Positions 19,701 through 29,017 of a DNA stretch of 64,000 nt are shown one piece after another. The DNA lies in NCBI GenBank assembly GCA_965237675.1, contig OZ250150.1, forward strand, positions 4,896,001-4,960,000, read 5' to 3'. The first letter of the stretch is position 1; each line of letters begins with the position of its first letter. A program made the translations under genes and the position numbers. The stretch is from Candidatus Latescibacterota bacterium. GTDB taxonomy: Bacteria; Latescibacterota; UBA2968; GCA-2709665. The notes under the pieces were generated by a model. The model was not told where the DNA came from and searched no databases. It saw only the letters and a program-made list of their open reading frames with translations.

Positions 19701-21277
19701 CCACCGGTAGGGGCAAAAACATCCTCACAGGACATACGGCTCCGGTGAATTCGGTGGCGTTCTCGCCCGATGGAACCACCCTGGCGAGCGCCAGCTGGGA
19801 GGAGATTCGCTTGTGGGACATGGCCATAGGACAAGTAAAAAACATCCTCACAGGGCATACGTACTCGGTCAATGCAGTGGCGTTTTCGCCCAATGGGATC
19901 ACTTTAGCCAGCGCCGGTCGGGACGGGACCGTACGTTTGTGGGACGTGGCCACAGGACAGGCAAAAAACATCCTCACAGGCCATTCGAATGATGTCCTTT
20001 CGTTGGCGTTCTCACGCGATGGACGCACACTGGCAAGCGGCGGTTATGATAGGAAAATCCTGCTTTGGGACGTTGTCACCGGGCGAAAAAACGCTCTTCC
20101 GGAACATCAGAGTGCGGTCCGTTCCTTGGCCTTTTCCCCCGATGGAAGCACGCTGGCCAGCGCAAGCGGCGGGAATATGGTGTTGTTGCGGAACCTTGAC
20201 ACCGGGCAGGAAAGACACACCCTCACGGGACATTCCTGGTACGTTATCTCGGTGTCTTTCTCGCCCGATGGAACCACCCTGGCCAGCGCCGCCAAGGACG
20301 ACGAGACCGTGCGCTTGTGGGACACGGCCACTGGAGAGGAGAAAAACACCCTTACAGGACATAGGAGGGGTGTCTCTTCGGTGGTGTTTTCGCCCGGTGG
20401 AACCACACTGGCAAGCGGCAGTGAAGACGGTACAGTCCTCCTTTGGGATACATCGGTTAGTGGGAGGACCGATCCGGACAAACCCACGGACGTGGAAAAG
20501 CCGGGTGAGCTCAGCGGGGTCCGGCCGGATGAACTCGTCGGAAAGTGGAAAGCGGTCATATCCGGCAGCGGAGCGGATACGACCCGTGTCTTCGAGTTCC
20601 TCGCCGACGGCCGATTCACCGGTAGCGAAAAGGCCGCTGCCCACGAATCCATGAAACAGTTTCTTATTCTGGAATGGGGGGCCGACCCGGGACGGGTCGA
20701 GTACGTGGCAGACTCGCTGGCGACGAAAGCGTCCAGGTTCTACGATGCACTCGTTGCTGACAAGCGGGTGTCTACCACCGAGATGACAGGAACCTGGGGC
20801 GTGGACGGTAACGTCATCCAAGCCGTCGTCGACAGCTTTTCGCTTTCGATTAACGCCCTTCATGGGAACGACGTATTCGATTTTTATGAAGAAATCATTC
20901 CGCTGGTCGTCCCGGCCGAGAATGCCGGGTTGGCAGGCTTTGCCCTACTGGCTTTCTCTCGCCTTCAACAGAGTCTGGATACCCTCGTTGAAGAGCGCGT
21001 GGTCTTCAAAATTGGCAGGTATACCGTCGAGAACGAAAATCTGGTCGTAGTTCAGGATCAGAACCCGGTTCGATATACGCGTGTGTCGGAAACGACAACG
21101 CCCGACTTCGACGGCGACGGGTCTGTGGGATTTTCCGACTTTTTATTGTTTGTGGGGCAGTTCGGGCTGCGCCAGGGTGATGCGGGGTATGACGGGCGTT
21201 ACGACCTGGACGGTGACGGTGCCATCGGGTTCAGCGACTTTCTGATCTTTGTCGGCAGCTTCGGCAATAGCGCCTGA
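16778..21277 (+). CDS. Secreted tandem double-WD40-module protein with an extra lipocalin-like region and C-terminal dockerin-like module
   Basis: Two WGLPEGA..R(L/F)GKG starts (~16865 and ~18683), each followed by ~14 WD40 repeats; ELVGKWK domain; DFDGDG/DLDGDG tail. Confidence 0.93.
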   Translation: MKTSSSFGLVLLSIGVLSAQDARTQDHTRWGLPEGAVSRLGKGNIGTGDRAIAYSPDGRRIAVAGNIGIWLYDAHTGAELALLTGHASSVTSVAFSPDGTTLASGSWKEIRLWDVDTGQIKYTLTEGISRVTSVVFSPDGTVLAGAGGLRIRLWDVDSGQGKHTFTGHADVVRSVAFSPDGNTLASAGGSRILLTDIHTAQEKRILTGHTDAVRSVAFSPDGNTLASAGADNTVRFWDVDTGQINHTLRGHWLPVTSVAFSPDGNTLASGGGDNTVRLWDARTAQETDSLSEHTSAVTSVAFSPDGNTLASAGGSGIRLWDLGTRRVRHTLAEHLVNVSSVAFSPDGNTLASGGENPVLWDLATGQVKSRLVGHISSVTSVAFSPDGNTLASASTDTTVRLWDVHTGQVKHTLRGHRWNVRSVAFSPDGNTLASGSDDRTIRLWDVATGTEKHVLTLQWGSVTSVVFSPGGNTLASGNDNRTIRLWDVATGTEKHVLTGHGSDVSSLAFSPDGRTLASGGGRAIRLWNVDTGELEYTLTEQTSSVHSIAFSSNGKTLASGSFDNQVRLWDVDTGKETDTLTGHRGSVLSVSFSPDGTTLASGSVDGTILVWQKSEWAGADPDGPTDGLTPAGISRWGLPEGAIARFGKGGIGSGDRAAAWSPDGALLAAASSIGIWLYDAHTGVEVALLADHNYWVNAVAFSPDGNTLASGGENAVLWDLATGQVIYRLDGHISSVTSVTFSPDGRTLASGSRDNTIRLWDVTTGQEKHTLAGHSDPVRSVAFSPDGRTLASGSRDATVGLWNVFTGQEKHTLTGHTSSVISVAFSPDGSTLASGGGDAVLWEVATGEKKHILEHRLGVTSVAYSPDGRTLASASFSDTPGENTIRLWDTATGRKKSNFTGPTWEVNSVAFSPDGRTLVSASQSDRIRLWDVATVREKNAITGHGSFVTSVALSPDGNTVAYSDNSPTVRVWDVATGRGKNILTGHTAPVNSVAFSPDGTTLASASWEEIRLWDMAIGQVKNILTGHTYSVNAVAFSPNGITLASAGRDGTVRLWDVATGQAKNILTGHSNDVLSLAFSRDGRTLASGGYDRKILLWDVVTGRKNALPEHQSAVRSLAFSPDGSTLASASGGNMVLLRNLDTGQERHTLTGHSWYVISVSFSPDGTTLASAAKDDETVRLWDTATGEEKNTLTGHRRGVSSVVFSPGGTTLASGSEDGTVLLWDTSVSGRTDPDKPTDVEKPGELSGVRPDELVGKWKAVISGSGADTTRVFEFLADGRFTGSEKAAAHESMKQFLILEWGADPGRVEYVADSLATKASRFYDALVADKRVSTTEMTGTWGVDGNVIQAVVDSFSLSINALHGNDVFDFYEEIIPLVVPAENAGLAGFALLAFSRLQQSLDTLVEERVVFKIGRYTVENENLVVVQDQNPVRYTRVSETTTPDFDGDGSVGFSDFLLFVGQFGLRQGDAGYDGRYDLDGDGAIGFSDFLIFVGSFGNSA

Positions 21278-21398
21278 GGCCACCGCGCCGCCTCAAACCA
21301 CCGCCGGTATAGTGCACCACCTGGTTTCGACGATTCCACCGTCTCTGGCCACGGGGAACAAGCAGGTTTGCGCCTTCCTTTTCGGGAGTGTCTGAAGC

Positions 21399-24300
21399 AT
21401 GACGAAGACAATGTTGTATCTCGCGCTCGGATGGATGTTCATCGTGTGCGACGCTTCTGCCCGACCTGGTGACAGCGTGCTCGCCCTCAGCGTGTCCGCG
21501 TTGCTCCTCGATACCCGAATCGAAAGTCCGGCGGCGAACAACGATGTTCGTGCGGTGGCCCCAGGTCAACCCGGGGATACAATTCGCTTTCAGCTTTTCG
21601 CGCCGGACGAGGCGGGCGTGCGGATCAATGGATGGACGGTTGAACTCTCGCTGCCGGGCAGGACGTTCGACAGCTACGTCGGCGGCGTCTCCGGTACGGC
21701 ATGGACGGGTGCGGATCTTATCTTGAGCGACGAGTCAGGCAGGCCGTCGCTGTCCATGCTTTCCGTCTCGGCGGTGGCAGTGCCGAGTACCGGATACCTG
21801 GGCGAAATCACACTGACGGTGAGCCGTGCCCTGCCGTTGGATGCCACACTAATCGTTCGCTCGGCATCGCTGGGAAACGTGGGCGGGCAGTGGCAACTGG
21901 ACGTTTCGGACGCGGTGATCTCGTTCGACCTTGCGGAGTGTCCGGGCGACGTCAACCATAGCGGGCGCGTCGACTTCGCCGATTTTCTGTTGTTCGTGGC
22001 GGCGTTTGGCGCGTCTACAGGCGCCTCTAACTATAACGCGCTGATCGATCTGGACGGCAGCGGCGGGATTGATTTCGCCGATTTTCTGTTGTTCGTGCCT
22101 TTTTTCGGGACCACCTGCGAAGTGCCGCCTATCTCCGGCGGCGGCGGCGGCGGTACGGTTGCGGACCGCGATATCCTCGTGGCGCTGTATAACGCGACGA
22201 ACGGCCTCAACTGGTCGGACAGGACGAACTGGTCGAGCGATCGGCCTTTGGGAGACTGGCACGGCGTGACCGTCGACACCGATCGACGGGTGACACGGTT
22301 GAATCTTTCGGGTAACGGATTACGTGGCGAGCTACCGTCAGATCTCGGCAACCTGAACAACCTTCAAAGGCTGGAACTGAACAATAACGGGCTAACAGGT
22401 GCGATCCCGCCATCGTTGGGCGATCTGAGCAACCTGCAGTTGCTGTATCTCCACGTGAACGGGTTGACGGGGGAGATCCCGTCGTCGCTGGGCAATCTGG
22501 GCGACCTGCAGTGGTTGTATCTCTATACCAATCGGTTGTCAGGTGAGATCCCGCCGTCCCTGGGCAATTTGGGCAGTCTCGGCTACCTTGACGTCCACAA
22601 CAACGGGTTGCGCGGCGGAGTCCCCGTATCGCTGGGCAACTTGAGCAACCTGCAAGCACTTAGTCTGTCCGAAAACCCGTTAACGGGCGCCTTGCCGGTT
22701 AGCCTGACGGGTCTTGAAAATCTCACCAACCTGTATCTGGATGAAACGGAGTTGTGCGCGCCGACAGACGCGGCTTTCCAGGCGTGGCTGCAGGGTATTG
22801 CGAACACGAGCGGCGTGGTCAACTGCGGCGCGGGCGGAACCGTGGACAGGGAAGCGCTGGTGGCGCTGTACATCGCCACGGATGGACCGAACTGGGCGAA
22901 CAAGACCAACTGGCTCAGCACCAGACCGCATGGTCAATGGCACGGCGTCACCGTCAACGACAGCGGGCGGGTGACGGAGTTACGCCTTTCCAACAATCAA
23001 TTAAACGGAAAGATCCCTGAGGAATTGGGTAATCTGCCCGACTTGAAGCGGCTGTATTTGAATTACAACCCGGACCTTTCCGGGCCGCTGCCCGGTTCGA
23101 TGACCGCCCTCAATTCACTGGAGGTCCTGAACCTTTCGGGCACGCAGTTATGCGCACCCATGACGGCCGCGTACCGAACGTGGTTGAAGGGCATTGCAGA
23201 CACAACCGGTGTCATCAGCTGCGGCGTGTCGGACAGAGAAGCGCTGGTGGCGCTGTACAACGCCACGGACGGACCGCATTGGGCGAACAAAACCAACTGG
23301 CTCAGCGCCAGACCGCTCGGCGAATGGCACGGCGTTACGGTTGACGGCATTGGACGGGTCACGAGACTGAACCTCTACAACAATCGGATGAGCGGGGACA
23401 TCCCGGCGGAACTGGGCAACCTGACCGGCCTGGAATGGCTTTACCTCAACAACAACCTGTTGAGCGGGGACATCCCGGCGGAACTGGGACGCCTGGCCAG
23501 CCTGCGGCACCTTTACCTGCACACGAACCAGTTCCGCGGCCAGATCCCCGCGGCGCTGGGCAGTCTGGCCGGCCTGGAACGGCTGTTCCTGTCCAATAAC
23601 CAGTTGAGCGGCGGGATCCCGGCGGAACTGGGCAACCTGACCGGCCTGCAGTGGCTGTACCTCGACAACAACGCCGATCTTTCCGGTTCGCTGCCAGGTT
23701 CGATGACCGGCATGGATTCGCTCAGAGTCCTCAGCATGTCTGGCACGAAGTTATGTGCGCCGGTGGACGCCGCGTTCCAGACGTGGCTCCAGGGCATCGT
23801 AACCAGGACCGGCGTTGTCAACTGTGTTGAGACAACCGCAGACTACGATCAGGACGATGACGGGCTTATCGAGGTCGGCAGCCTCGCGCAGTTGGATGCC
23901 ATCCGCTGGGATCTGGACGGTAACGGGCAGGCTGACAACGCTGCCGCCGGATACGCAGCCGCCTTTCCCGACGCCGCCGCGGCAATGGGCTGCCCCACTG
24001 CCGGCTGTATTGGCTACGAACTGGTTGCCGATCTGAACTTCGATACCAATAATAGCGGCGGCGCGGACGCGGGCGACGATTACTGGAACAACGGCCGGGG
24101 TTGGGCGCCCATCGGAAGCGGCGATGGCGGAAGCCACGCATTCATGTTCAGAGCCACGTTCGAGGGCAATTCCCACGTCATATCCGGCCTCTTTATCAAT
24201 CACCCCGGAGAACGGCAGGTTGGCTTCTTCGGTTATCTGGTCGAAGATGCCGAGATACGGAACCTGGGGCTGGAAGACGTCTCTGTTACCAGTGGTGGAC

Positions 24301-27300
24301 GTTTTGTCGGCGGGTTGGCAGGGTCCATTACCGGCAGATCCGCAATAATCAGCGACAGCCATGTCACCGGCTCGGTCTCGGGTACGCTGGCCGTCGGCGG
24401 CTTGGCCGGGTATATCCTGGGCAACATCAGATACAGCTATTTCTCCGGTTCTGTCACCGGTACGGGCAGTAATGTCGGTGGTCTGGTCGGCGAAAGCGCC
24501 GGCAACGTCAAAGCCAGTGTCGCTGCCGGCTCTGTCACCGGCACTGGCACAGGTATCGGTGGGCTCGTGGGAAGGAACGACGGAGGCATAAGCGCCAGCT
24601 ACGCTACCGGTTCCGTATCGGCGACAGATGGAGGATCTCAAGCCGGCGGGTTGGTTGGGAGCAACTACGGCACCGTTAGCGCGAGTTACGCCATTGGTCC
24701 GGTTAGCGGCAGCAATTCAGGCGGGTTCGCCGCGACAAACTTCAACGGAACCATCACCGCCAGTTACTGGGACACCCAGACCTCCGGTCAGTCCACGAGT
24801 GCCGGAGGGGTTGGGAAGACCACCAGCGAATTGCAGTCACCCACGGGTTATACCGGCATCTACGCAACGTGGAATCTGGATCTGGATGCCGACGGCACGC
24901 CCGACGATCCGTGGAACTTCGGGTCGTCGAGCCAGTACCCTGTACTGAAGAGGACCGACGCGCCCGCGATCCTGCCTCCGGTTGTAACCCAGCCTTCGGA
25001 CCGCGATGCCTTGGTCGCACTGTACAACGCCACGGACGGACCGAACTGGGCGAACAAGACCAACTGGCTCAGCGACAAACCCACCGGCCAATGGCATGGC
25101 GTCACCGCCAACGCCAGCGGACGGGTGACGGGACTGAGCCTCGGCGAGAATCAGCTGAGCGGGCAGATTCCTGCGGCATTGGGCAGCCTGGCCAACCTGC
25201 GGAATCTGTACCTCTACAGCAACCAGCTGACCGGGCAGATTCCAGCGGCACTGGGCGGCCTGGCAAACCTGCGAAACCTCTACCTCTACAGCAACCAGCT
25301 GACCGGGCAGATCCCCGCGGAACTGGGCGGCCTGTCAAACCTCCGGAACCTGTACCTCAAAAACAACCGGTTGAGCGGCCAGATCCCTGAGACACTGGGC
25401 AGCCTGGCAAATCTGGAATCCCTGTGGCTCGACTTCAACCAGTTGGGCGGTGAAATCCCTGCGGCCCTGGGCAGCCTGGCCAACCTGCAACAGCTGTTGC
25501 TCAATGACAACCAGTTAAGCGGTGCTATCCCTGCGGCACTTGGCGAACCGGCCAACCTGGGAGTGTTGTCCCTCAACGGCAACCAGTTAAGCGGGCAGAT
25601 CCCTCCCACACTCGGCAGTCTGGCCAATCTGCAGAACCTGGCCCTTAACAACAACCGGTTAAGCGGACAGATCCCTCTCACACTCGGCAGCCTGGCCAAT
25701 CTGCGGTTCCTGCGCCTCCAGGACAACCAGTTGAGCGGGCAGATCCCCTCGGCACTGGGCAGCCTGGCCAACCTCGAATGGTTCTTCCTCGGCGACAATC
25801 GGTTGAGCGGTGCTGTCCCCGAGGCACTGGGCAACTTGACCCACGTGGAAAGGTTGGATTTAAATGACAACGCCGGTCTTTCCGGCCCGTTGCCGGGTTC
25901 GATGACAGCCCTCGATTCCCTTGAATCTCTGAACCTGTCAGGCACGGTGTTGTGTGCGCCGGTGGACGCCGCCTTCCAGGCGTGGCTGCAGGGCATCGCA
26001 GACAAAACTGGTGTCACTAACTGTGCTTCGGACTACGATCAGGACGACGACGGGCTTATCGAGGTTGCCAGTCTGGCGCAGTTGAACGCCATCCGCTGGG
26101 ACCTGGATGGTAACGGCCAGGCTGACAACGCCGCCGCGGGATACCCGGCCGCATTCCCAGATGCCGCTAAGGGCATGGGCTGTCCCGACAGCGGCGGCTG
26201 TACGGGCTACGAACTCGTTGCCGACCTGAACTTCGACACCAACAATAGCGGCAGCCAGGACGAGGGTGATGCCTACTGGAACAACGGCCAGGGCTGGGCG
26301 CCCGTTGGAAGCGGCGAGGGTGAAAGCCAGTCAACCCGGTTCAGCGCCCGGTTCGAGGGCAATTCCCACGTCATATCCGGCCTCTATATCGATCACCCAG
26401 GCGGACAGAACCAATTGGTTGCTGCTGGCTTCTTCCGCTATCTCGGCCAGAATGCCGAAATACGCAACCTGGGGTTGGGAGATGTCTCTGTTTCCAACCG
26501 CGGAGGTAAAGCCGGCGGGCTGGCTGGCTACAACAAGGGTACGATCAGCGACAGTTATGTCACCGGCTTTGTCACGGGTTCGCTCGGTACAATCGGCGGG
26601 TTCGTTGGAAAGAACGAGGGCAACGTCAGATACAGCTATTTCTCGGGCTCCATCACGGGTACGGGCGGTGATATCGGCGGGTTGGTCGGACGCAACACCG
26701 GCACCATCAGTACCAGCGCCGCCACTGGCTCTGTCGCCGGCACCGGTCAGGCAATCGGCGGGCTTGTGGGGAGAAACGGGTTGAACATCAGCGCCAGCTA
26801 TGCCATCGGTTCGGTCTCCGGTGGGTCGGACGTTGGCGGGCTGGTCGGGATTACCCGGGGCACCGTCAATGCCAGTTTCGCCGCTGGCGCTGTCACCGGT
26901 ACAGGCGCCAATGTCAGAGGGCTGGTAGGGATTAGCTACGATGCCACGATCAGTAACAGCTACTGGGACACCGAGACTTCCAGTCAGTCCTCGAGTGCCG
27001 GCGGTGTTGGCAAGACGACCAGCGAATTGCGGTCGCCCACAGGGTATACGGGCATCTATGCCGGGTGGAACCTGGATGTGGATGGCGACGGCACCCCCGA
27101 CGATCCCTGGGACTTCGGAACGTCGAACGAATACCCCGTACTGAAGAGGACCGGGGCGCCCGTTATTCCCGCCCCGGTCGCTAACCCCAACCCGGACCGC
27201 GTTGCGCTGGTGGCTCTCTACAACGCAACCAGCGGATCGAACTGGTTTTATAACGACAACTGGCTGAGCGTTAGACCGATTGGCGAATGGCATGGCGTCA

Positions 27301-28796
27301 CCGCGAACGACAGCGGACAGGTGACGGGTCTGAGTCTCCAGGACAACCATTTGATCGGTGCGATCCCCGTGGATCTGGGCAACCTGGCCAACCTGGAAAC
27401 GCTGGACCTCAGCGACAACCACTTAAGCGGTCAGATACCGTCGACACTGGGCAGCCCGGCTAGTTTGGTACATCTAAACCTCGCAGAAAACCAGTTGAGC
27501 GGACAGATCCCTGCGGCATTGGGCAGCATGTCCAACCTGCAATATCTGTCGCTCCAGAACAATCAGTTGAGCGGGCAGATCCCCGCGACGCTGGGCAACC
27601 TGACCAACCTGGAACAGCTGTTCCTTGACGTTAACCAGTTGAGCGGGCAGATCCCCGCGGCGCTGGGCAACTTGACGCACCTCGAATGGCTGTATCTCAA
27701 TGACAACCCCGGTCTTTCAGGTTCCTTGCCGGGCTCAATGACAGGCCTTAGTTCACTTGATGTCCTGCAACTGTCAGGCACCCAGTTGTGTGCGCCGTCG
27801 GATGGCGCCTTCCAAGCGTGGCTGCAGGAGATTGCAACCAGAACCGGTGTCATCAATTGTCCAGACTACGATCAGGACGATGACGGGCTTATCGAGGTTG
27901 CAAGTCTGGCGCAGTTGAACGCCATCCGCTGGGACCTGGACGGTGGCGGCCAAGCTTTAAGCGCCGCCACGGGATACGGGGACGCATTCCCCGACGCTAC
28001 TACGGGCATGGGCTGTCCCGACAGCGGCGGCTGTACGGGCTACGAGCTCGTTACTGACCTGAACTTCGACACCAACGATAGCGGCAGCGCGGACGCGGGT
28101 GACGCCTTCTGGAATAATGGCCAGGGCTGGGCTCCCATAGGAATATCCTATGGTGCCACGTTTGAGGGGAATTCCCACGCAATATCTGGCCTCTACATCA
28201 ATAATTTTTCCGGAAATAGTATTGGTCTCTTCCGTGTGCTCGGCAGCGATGCCAAGATACGCAACCTAGTGTTGCAAGATGTCTCTGTCAGCGGTTCGGG
28301 CAATGATGTCGGCGGGCTGGTCGGGACCAACAGGGGCACCATCAGCGCCAGCTACGCCACTGGCTCTGTCAGCGGTTCGCGCAATGATGTCGGCGGGCTG
28401 GTCGGGACCAACAGGGGCACCATCAGCGCCAGCTACGCCACTGGCTCTGTCAGCGGTTCGCGCAATGATGTCGGCGGGCTGGTCGGGACCAACAGGGGCA
28501 CCATCAGCGCCAGCTACGCCACTGGCTCTGTCAGCGGTTCGCGCGGTGATGTCGGCGGGCTGGTCGGGACCAACAGGGGCACCATCAGTGCCAGTTACTG
28601 GGACACCCAGACCTCCGGTGTGTCCACGAGCGGGGGCGGCGAAGGTAAAACAACCAGGGAATTGCAGGCGCCCACGGGGTATACGGGCATTTACGCAGAC
28701 TGGAATCTGGACCTGGATGGCGACGGTACGCCCGACGATCCGTGGGACTTCGGCACGTCTGCCCAGTATCCCGTATTGAGAGGAACGGACCGTTAA
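21399..28796 (+). CDS. Giant secreted protein: possible cohesin-like N-domain, dockerin-like module, plant-RLK-type LRR blocks and GLUG-motif beta-helix blocks
   Basis: Signal peptide; GDVNHSGRVDFADF..DLDGSGGIDFADF; five DRxxLVALYxAT.G.NW caps with LxxLxLxxNxLxGxIP repeats; three DYDQDDDGLIEV..VGGLVG blocks. Confidence 0.92.
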   Translation: MTKTMLYLALGWMFIVCDASARPGDSVLALSVSALLLDTRIESPAANNDVRAVAPGQPGDTIRFQLFAPDEAGVRINGWTVELSLPGRTFDSYVGGVSGTAWTGADLILSDESGRPSLSMLSVSAVAVPSTGYLGEITLTVSRALPLDATLIVRSASLGNVGGQWQLDVSDAVISFDLAECPGDVNHSGRVDFADFLLFVAAFGASTGASNYNALIDLDGSGGIDFADFLLFVPFFGTTCEVPPISGGGGGGTVADRDILVALYNATNGLNWSDRTNWSSDRPLGDWHGVTVDTDRRVTRLNLSGNGLRGELPSDLGNLNNLQRLELNNNGLTGAIPPSLGDLSNLQLLYLHVNGLTGEIPSSLGNLGDLQWLYLYTNRLSGEIPPSLGNLGSLGYLDVHNNGLRGGVPVSLGNLSNLQALSLSENPLTGALPVSLTGLENLTNLYLDETELCAPTDAAFQAWLQGIANTSGVVNCGAGGTVDREALVALYIATDGPNWANKTNWLSTRPHGQWHGVTVNDSGRVTELRLSNNQLNGKIPEELGNLPDLKRLYLNYNPDLSGPLPGSMTALNSLEVLNLSGTQLCAPMTAAYRTWLKGIADTTGVISCGVSDREALVALYNATDGPHWANKTNWLSARPLGEWHGVTVDGIGRVTRLNLYNNRMSGDIPAELGNLTGLEWLYLNNNLLSGDIPAELGRLASLRHLYLHTNQFRGQIPAALGSLAGLERLFLSNNQLSGGIPAELGNLTGLQWLYLDNNADLSGSLPGSMTGMDSLRVLSMSGTKLCAPVDAAFQTWLQGIVTRTGVVNCVETTADYDQDDDGLIEVGSLAQLDAIRWDLDGNGQADNAAAGYAAAFPDAAAAMGCPTAGCIGYELVADLNFDTNNSGGADAGDDYWNNGRGWAPIGSGDGGSHAFMFRATFEGNSHVISGLFINHPGERQVGFFGYLVEDAEIRNLGLEDVSVTSGGRFVGGLAGSITGRSAIISDSHVTGSVSGTLAVGGLAGYILGNIRYSYFSGSVTGTGSNVGGLVGESAGNVKASVAAGSVTGTGTGIGGLVGRNDGGISASYATGSVSATDGGSQAGGLVGSNYGTVSASYAIGPVSGSNSGGFAATNFNGTITASYWDTQTSGQSTSAGGVGKTTSELQSPTGYTGIYATWNLDLDADGTPDDPWNFGSSSQYPVLKRTDAPAILPPVVTQPSDRDALVALYNATDGPNWANKTNWLSDKPTGQWHGVTANASGRVTGLSLGENQLSGQIPAALGSLANLRNLYLYSNQLTGQIPAALGGLANLRNLYLYSNQLTGQIPAELGGLSNLRNLYLKNNRLSGQIPETLGSLANLESLWLDFNQLGGEIPAALGSLANLQQLLLNDNQLSGAIPAALGEPANLGVLSLNGNQLSGQIPPTLGSLANLQNLALNNNRLSGQIPLTLGSLANLRFLRLQDNQLSGQIPSALGSLANLEWFFLGDNRLSGAVPEALGNLTHVERLDLNDNAGLSGPLPGSMTALDSLESLNLSGTVLCAPVDAAFQAWLQGIADKTGVTNCASDYDQDDDGLIEVASLAQLNAIRWDLDGNGQADNAAAGYPAAFPDAAKGMGCPDSGGCTGYELVADLNFDTNNSGSQDEGDAYWNNGQGWAPVGSGEGESQSTRFSARFEGNSHVISGLYIDHPGGQNQLVAAGFFRYLGQNAEIRNLGLGDVSVSNRGGKAGGLAGYNKGTISDSYVTGFVTGSLGTIGGFVGKNEGNVRYSYFSGSITGTGGDIGGLVGRNTGTISTSAATGSVAGTGQAIGGLVGRNGLNISASYAIGSVSGGSDVGGLVGITRGTVNASFAAGAVTGTGANVRGLVGISYDATISNSYWDTETSSQSSSAGGVGKTTSELRSPTGYTGIYAGWNLDVDGDGTPDDPWDFGTSNEYPVLKRTGAPVIPAPVANPNPDRVALVALYNATSGSNWFYNDNWLSVRPIGEWHGVTANDSGQVTGLSLQDNHLIGAIPVDLGNLANLETLDLSDNHLSGQIPSTLGSPASLVHLNLAENQLSGQIPAALGSMSNLQYLSLQNNQLSGQIPATLGNLTNLEQLFLDVNQLSGQIPAALGNLTHLEWLYLNDNPGLSGSLPGSMTGLSSLDVLQLSGTQLCAPSDGAFQAWLQEIATRTGVINCPDYDQDDDGLIEVASLAQLNAIRWDLDGGGQALSAATGYGDAFPDATTGMGCPDSGGCTGYELVTDLNFDTNDSGSADAGDAFWNNGQGWAPIGISYGATFEGNSHAISGLYINNFSGNSIGLFRVLGSDAKIRNLVLQDVSVSGSGNDVGGLVGTNRGTISASYATGSVSGSRNDVGGLVGTNRGTISASYATGSVSGSRNDVGGLVGTNRGTISASYATGSVSGSRGDVGGLVGTNRGTISASYWDTQTSGVSTSGGGEGKTTRELQAPTGYTGIYADWNLDLDGDGTPDDPWDFGTSAQYPVLRGTDR
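28283..28598 (+). repeat. 81-bp coding tandem repeat, ~4 near-perfect copies (GLUG motif SVSGSRNDVGGLVGTNRGTISASYATG)
   Basis: Units start at 28283, 28364, 28445 and 28526. Confidence 0.9.
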
Positions 28797-28894
28797 CCGC
28801 TCGTGTTTCCGGGGCCGGGATGCCGGATCGCTCCGCCGATTTCGGATGGACCCTGCCCCTATTCGCCAAACGCGTCTGCGCGATAGTCCACTTA

Positions 28895-28933
28895 AAAAGG
28901 GTCGAGGCGGCTTTGTGTCGCCTCGACCCTTTT
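28895..28933. terminator. Bidirectional intrinsic terminator
   Basis: Perfect 15-bp inverted repeat aaaagggtcgaggcg/cgcctcgaccctttt between convergent genes. Confidence 0.85.
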
Positions 28934-29017
28934 CTGTTTCCCCTGGTTCCTCTTCCCGATTCCCCCGCCGCCAATATCCCTTGCTCACACCTACCCTCAC
29001 GCCGGCTGGTGCGCCGT

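Noticed and set aside
2168-21277. Diversity-generating retroelement as the source of WD40 variability
   Set aside because: No reverse transcriptase in the window, and I saw no template/variable pair differing only at adenines. A trans-acting DGR elsewhere cannot be excluded.
77-28779. Numerous alternate-frame and antisense ORFs (e.g. VPSGENAT.., MGRGHR.. repeats)
   Set aside because: These are shadows of GC-rich repetitive WD40/LRR genes.
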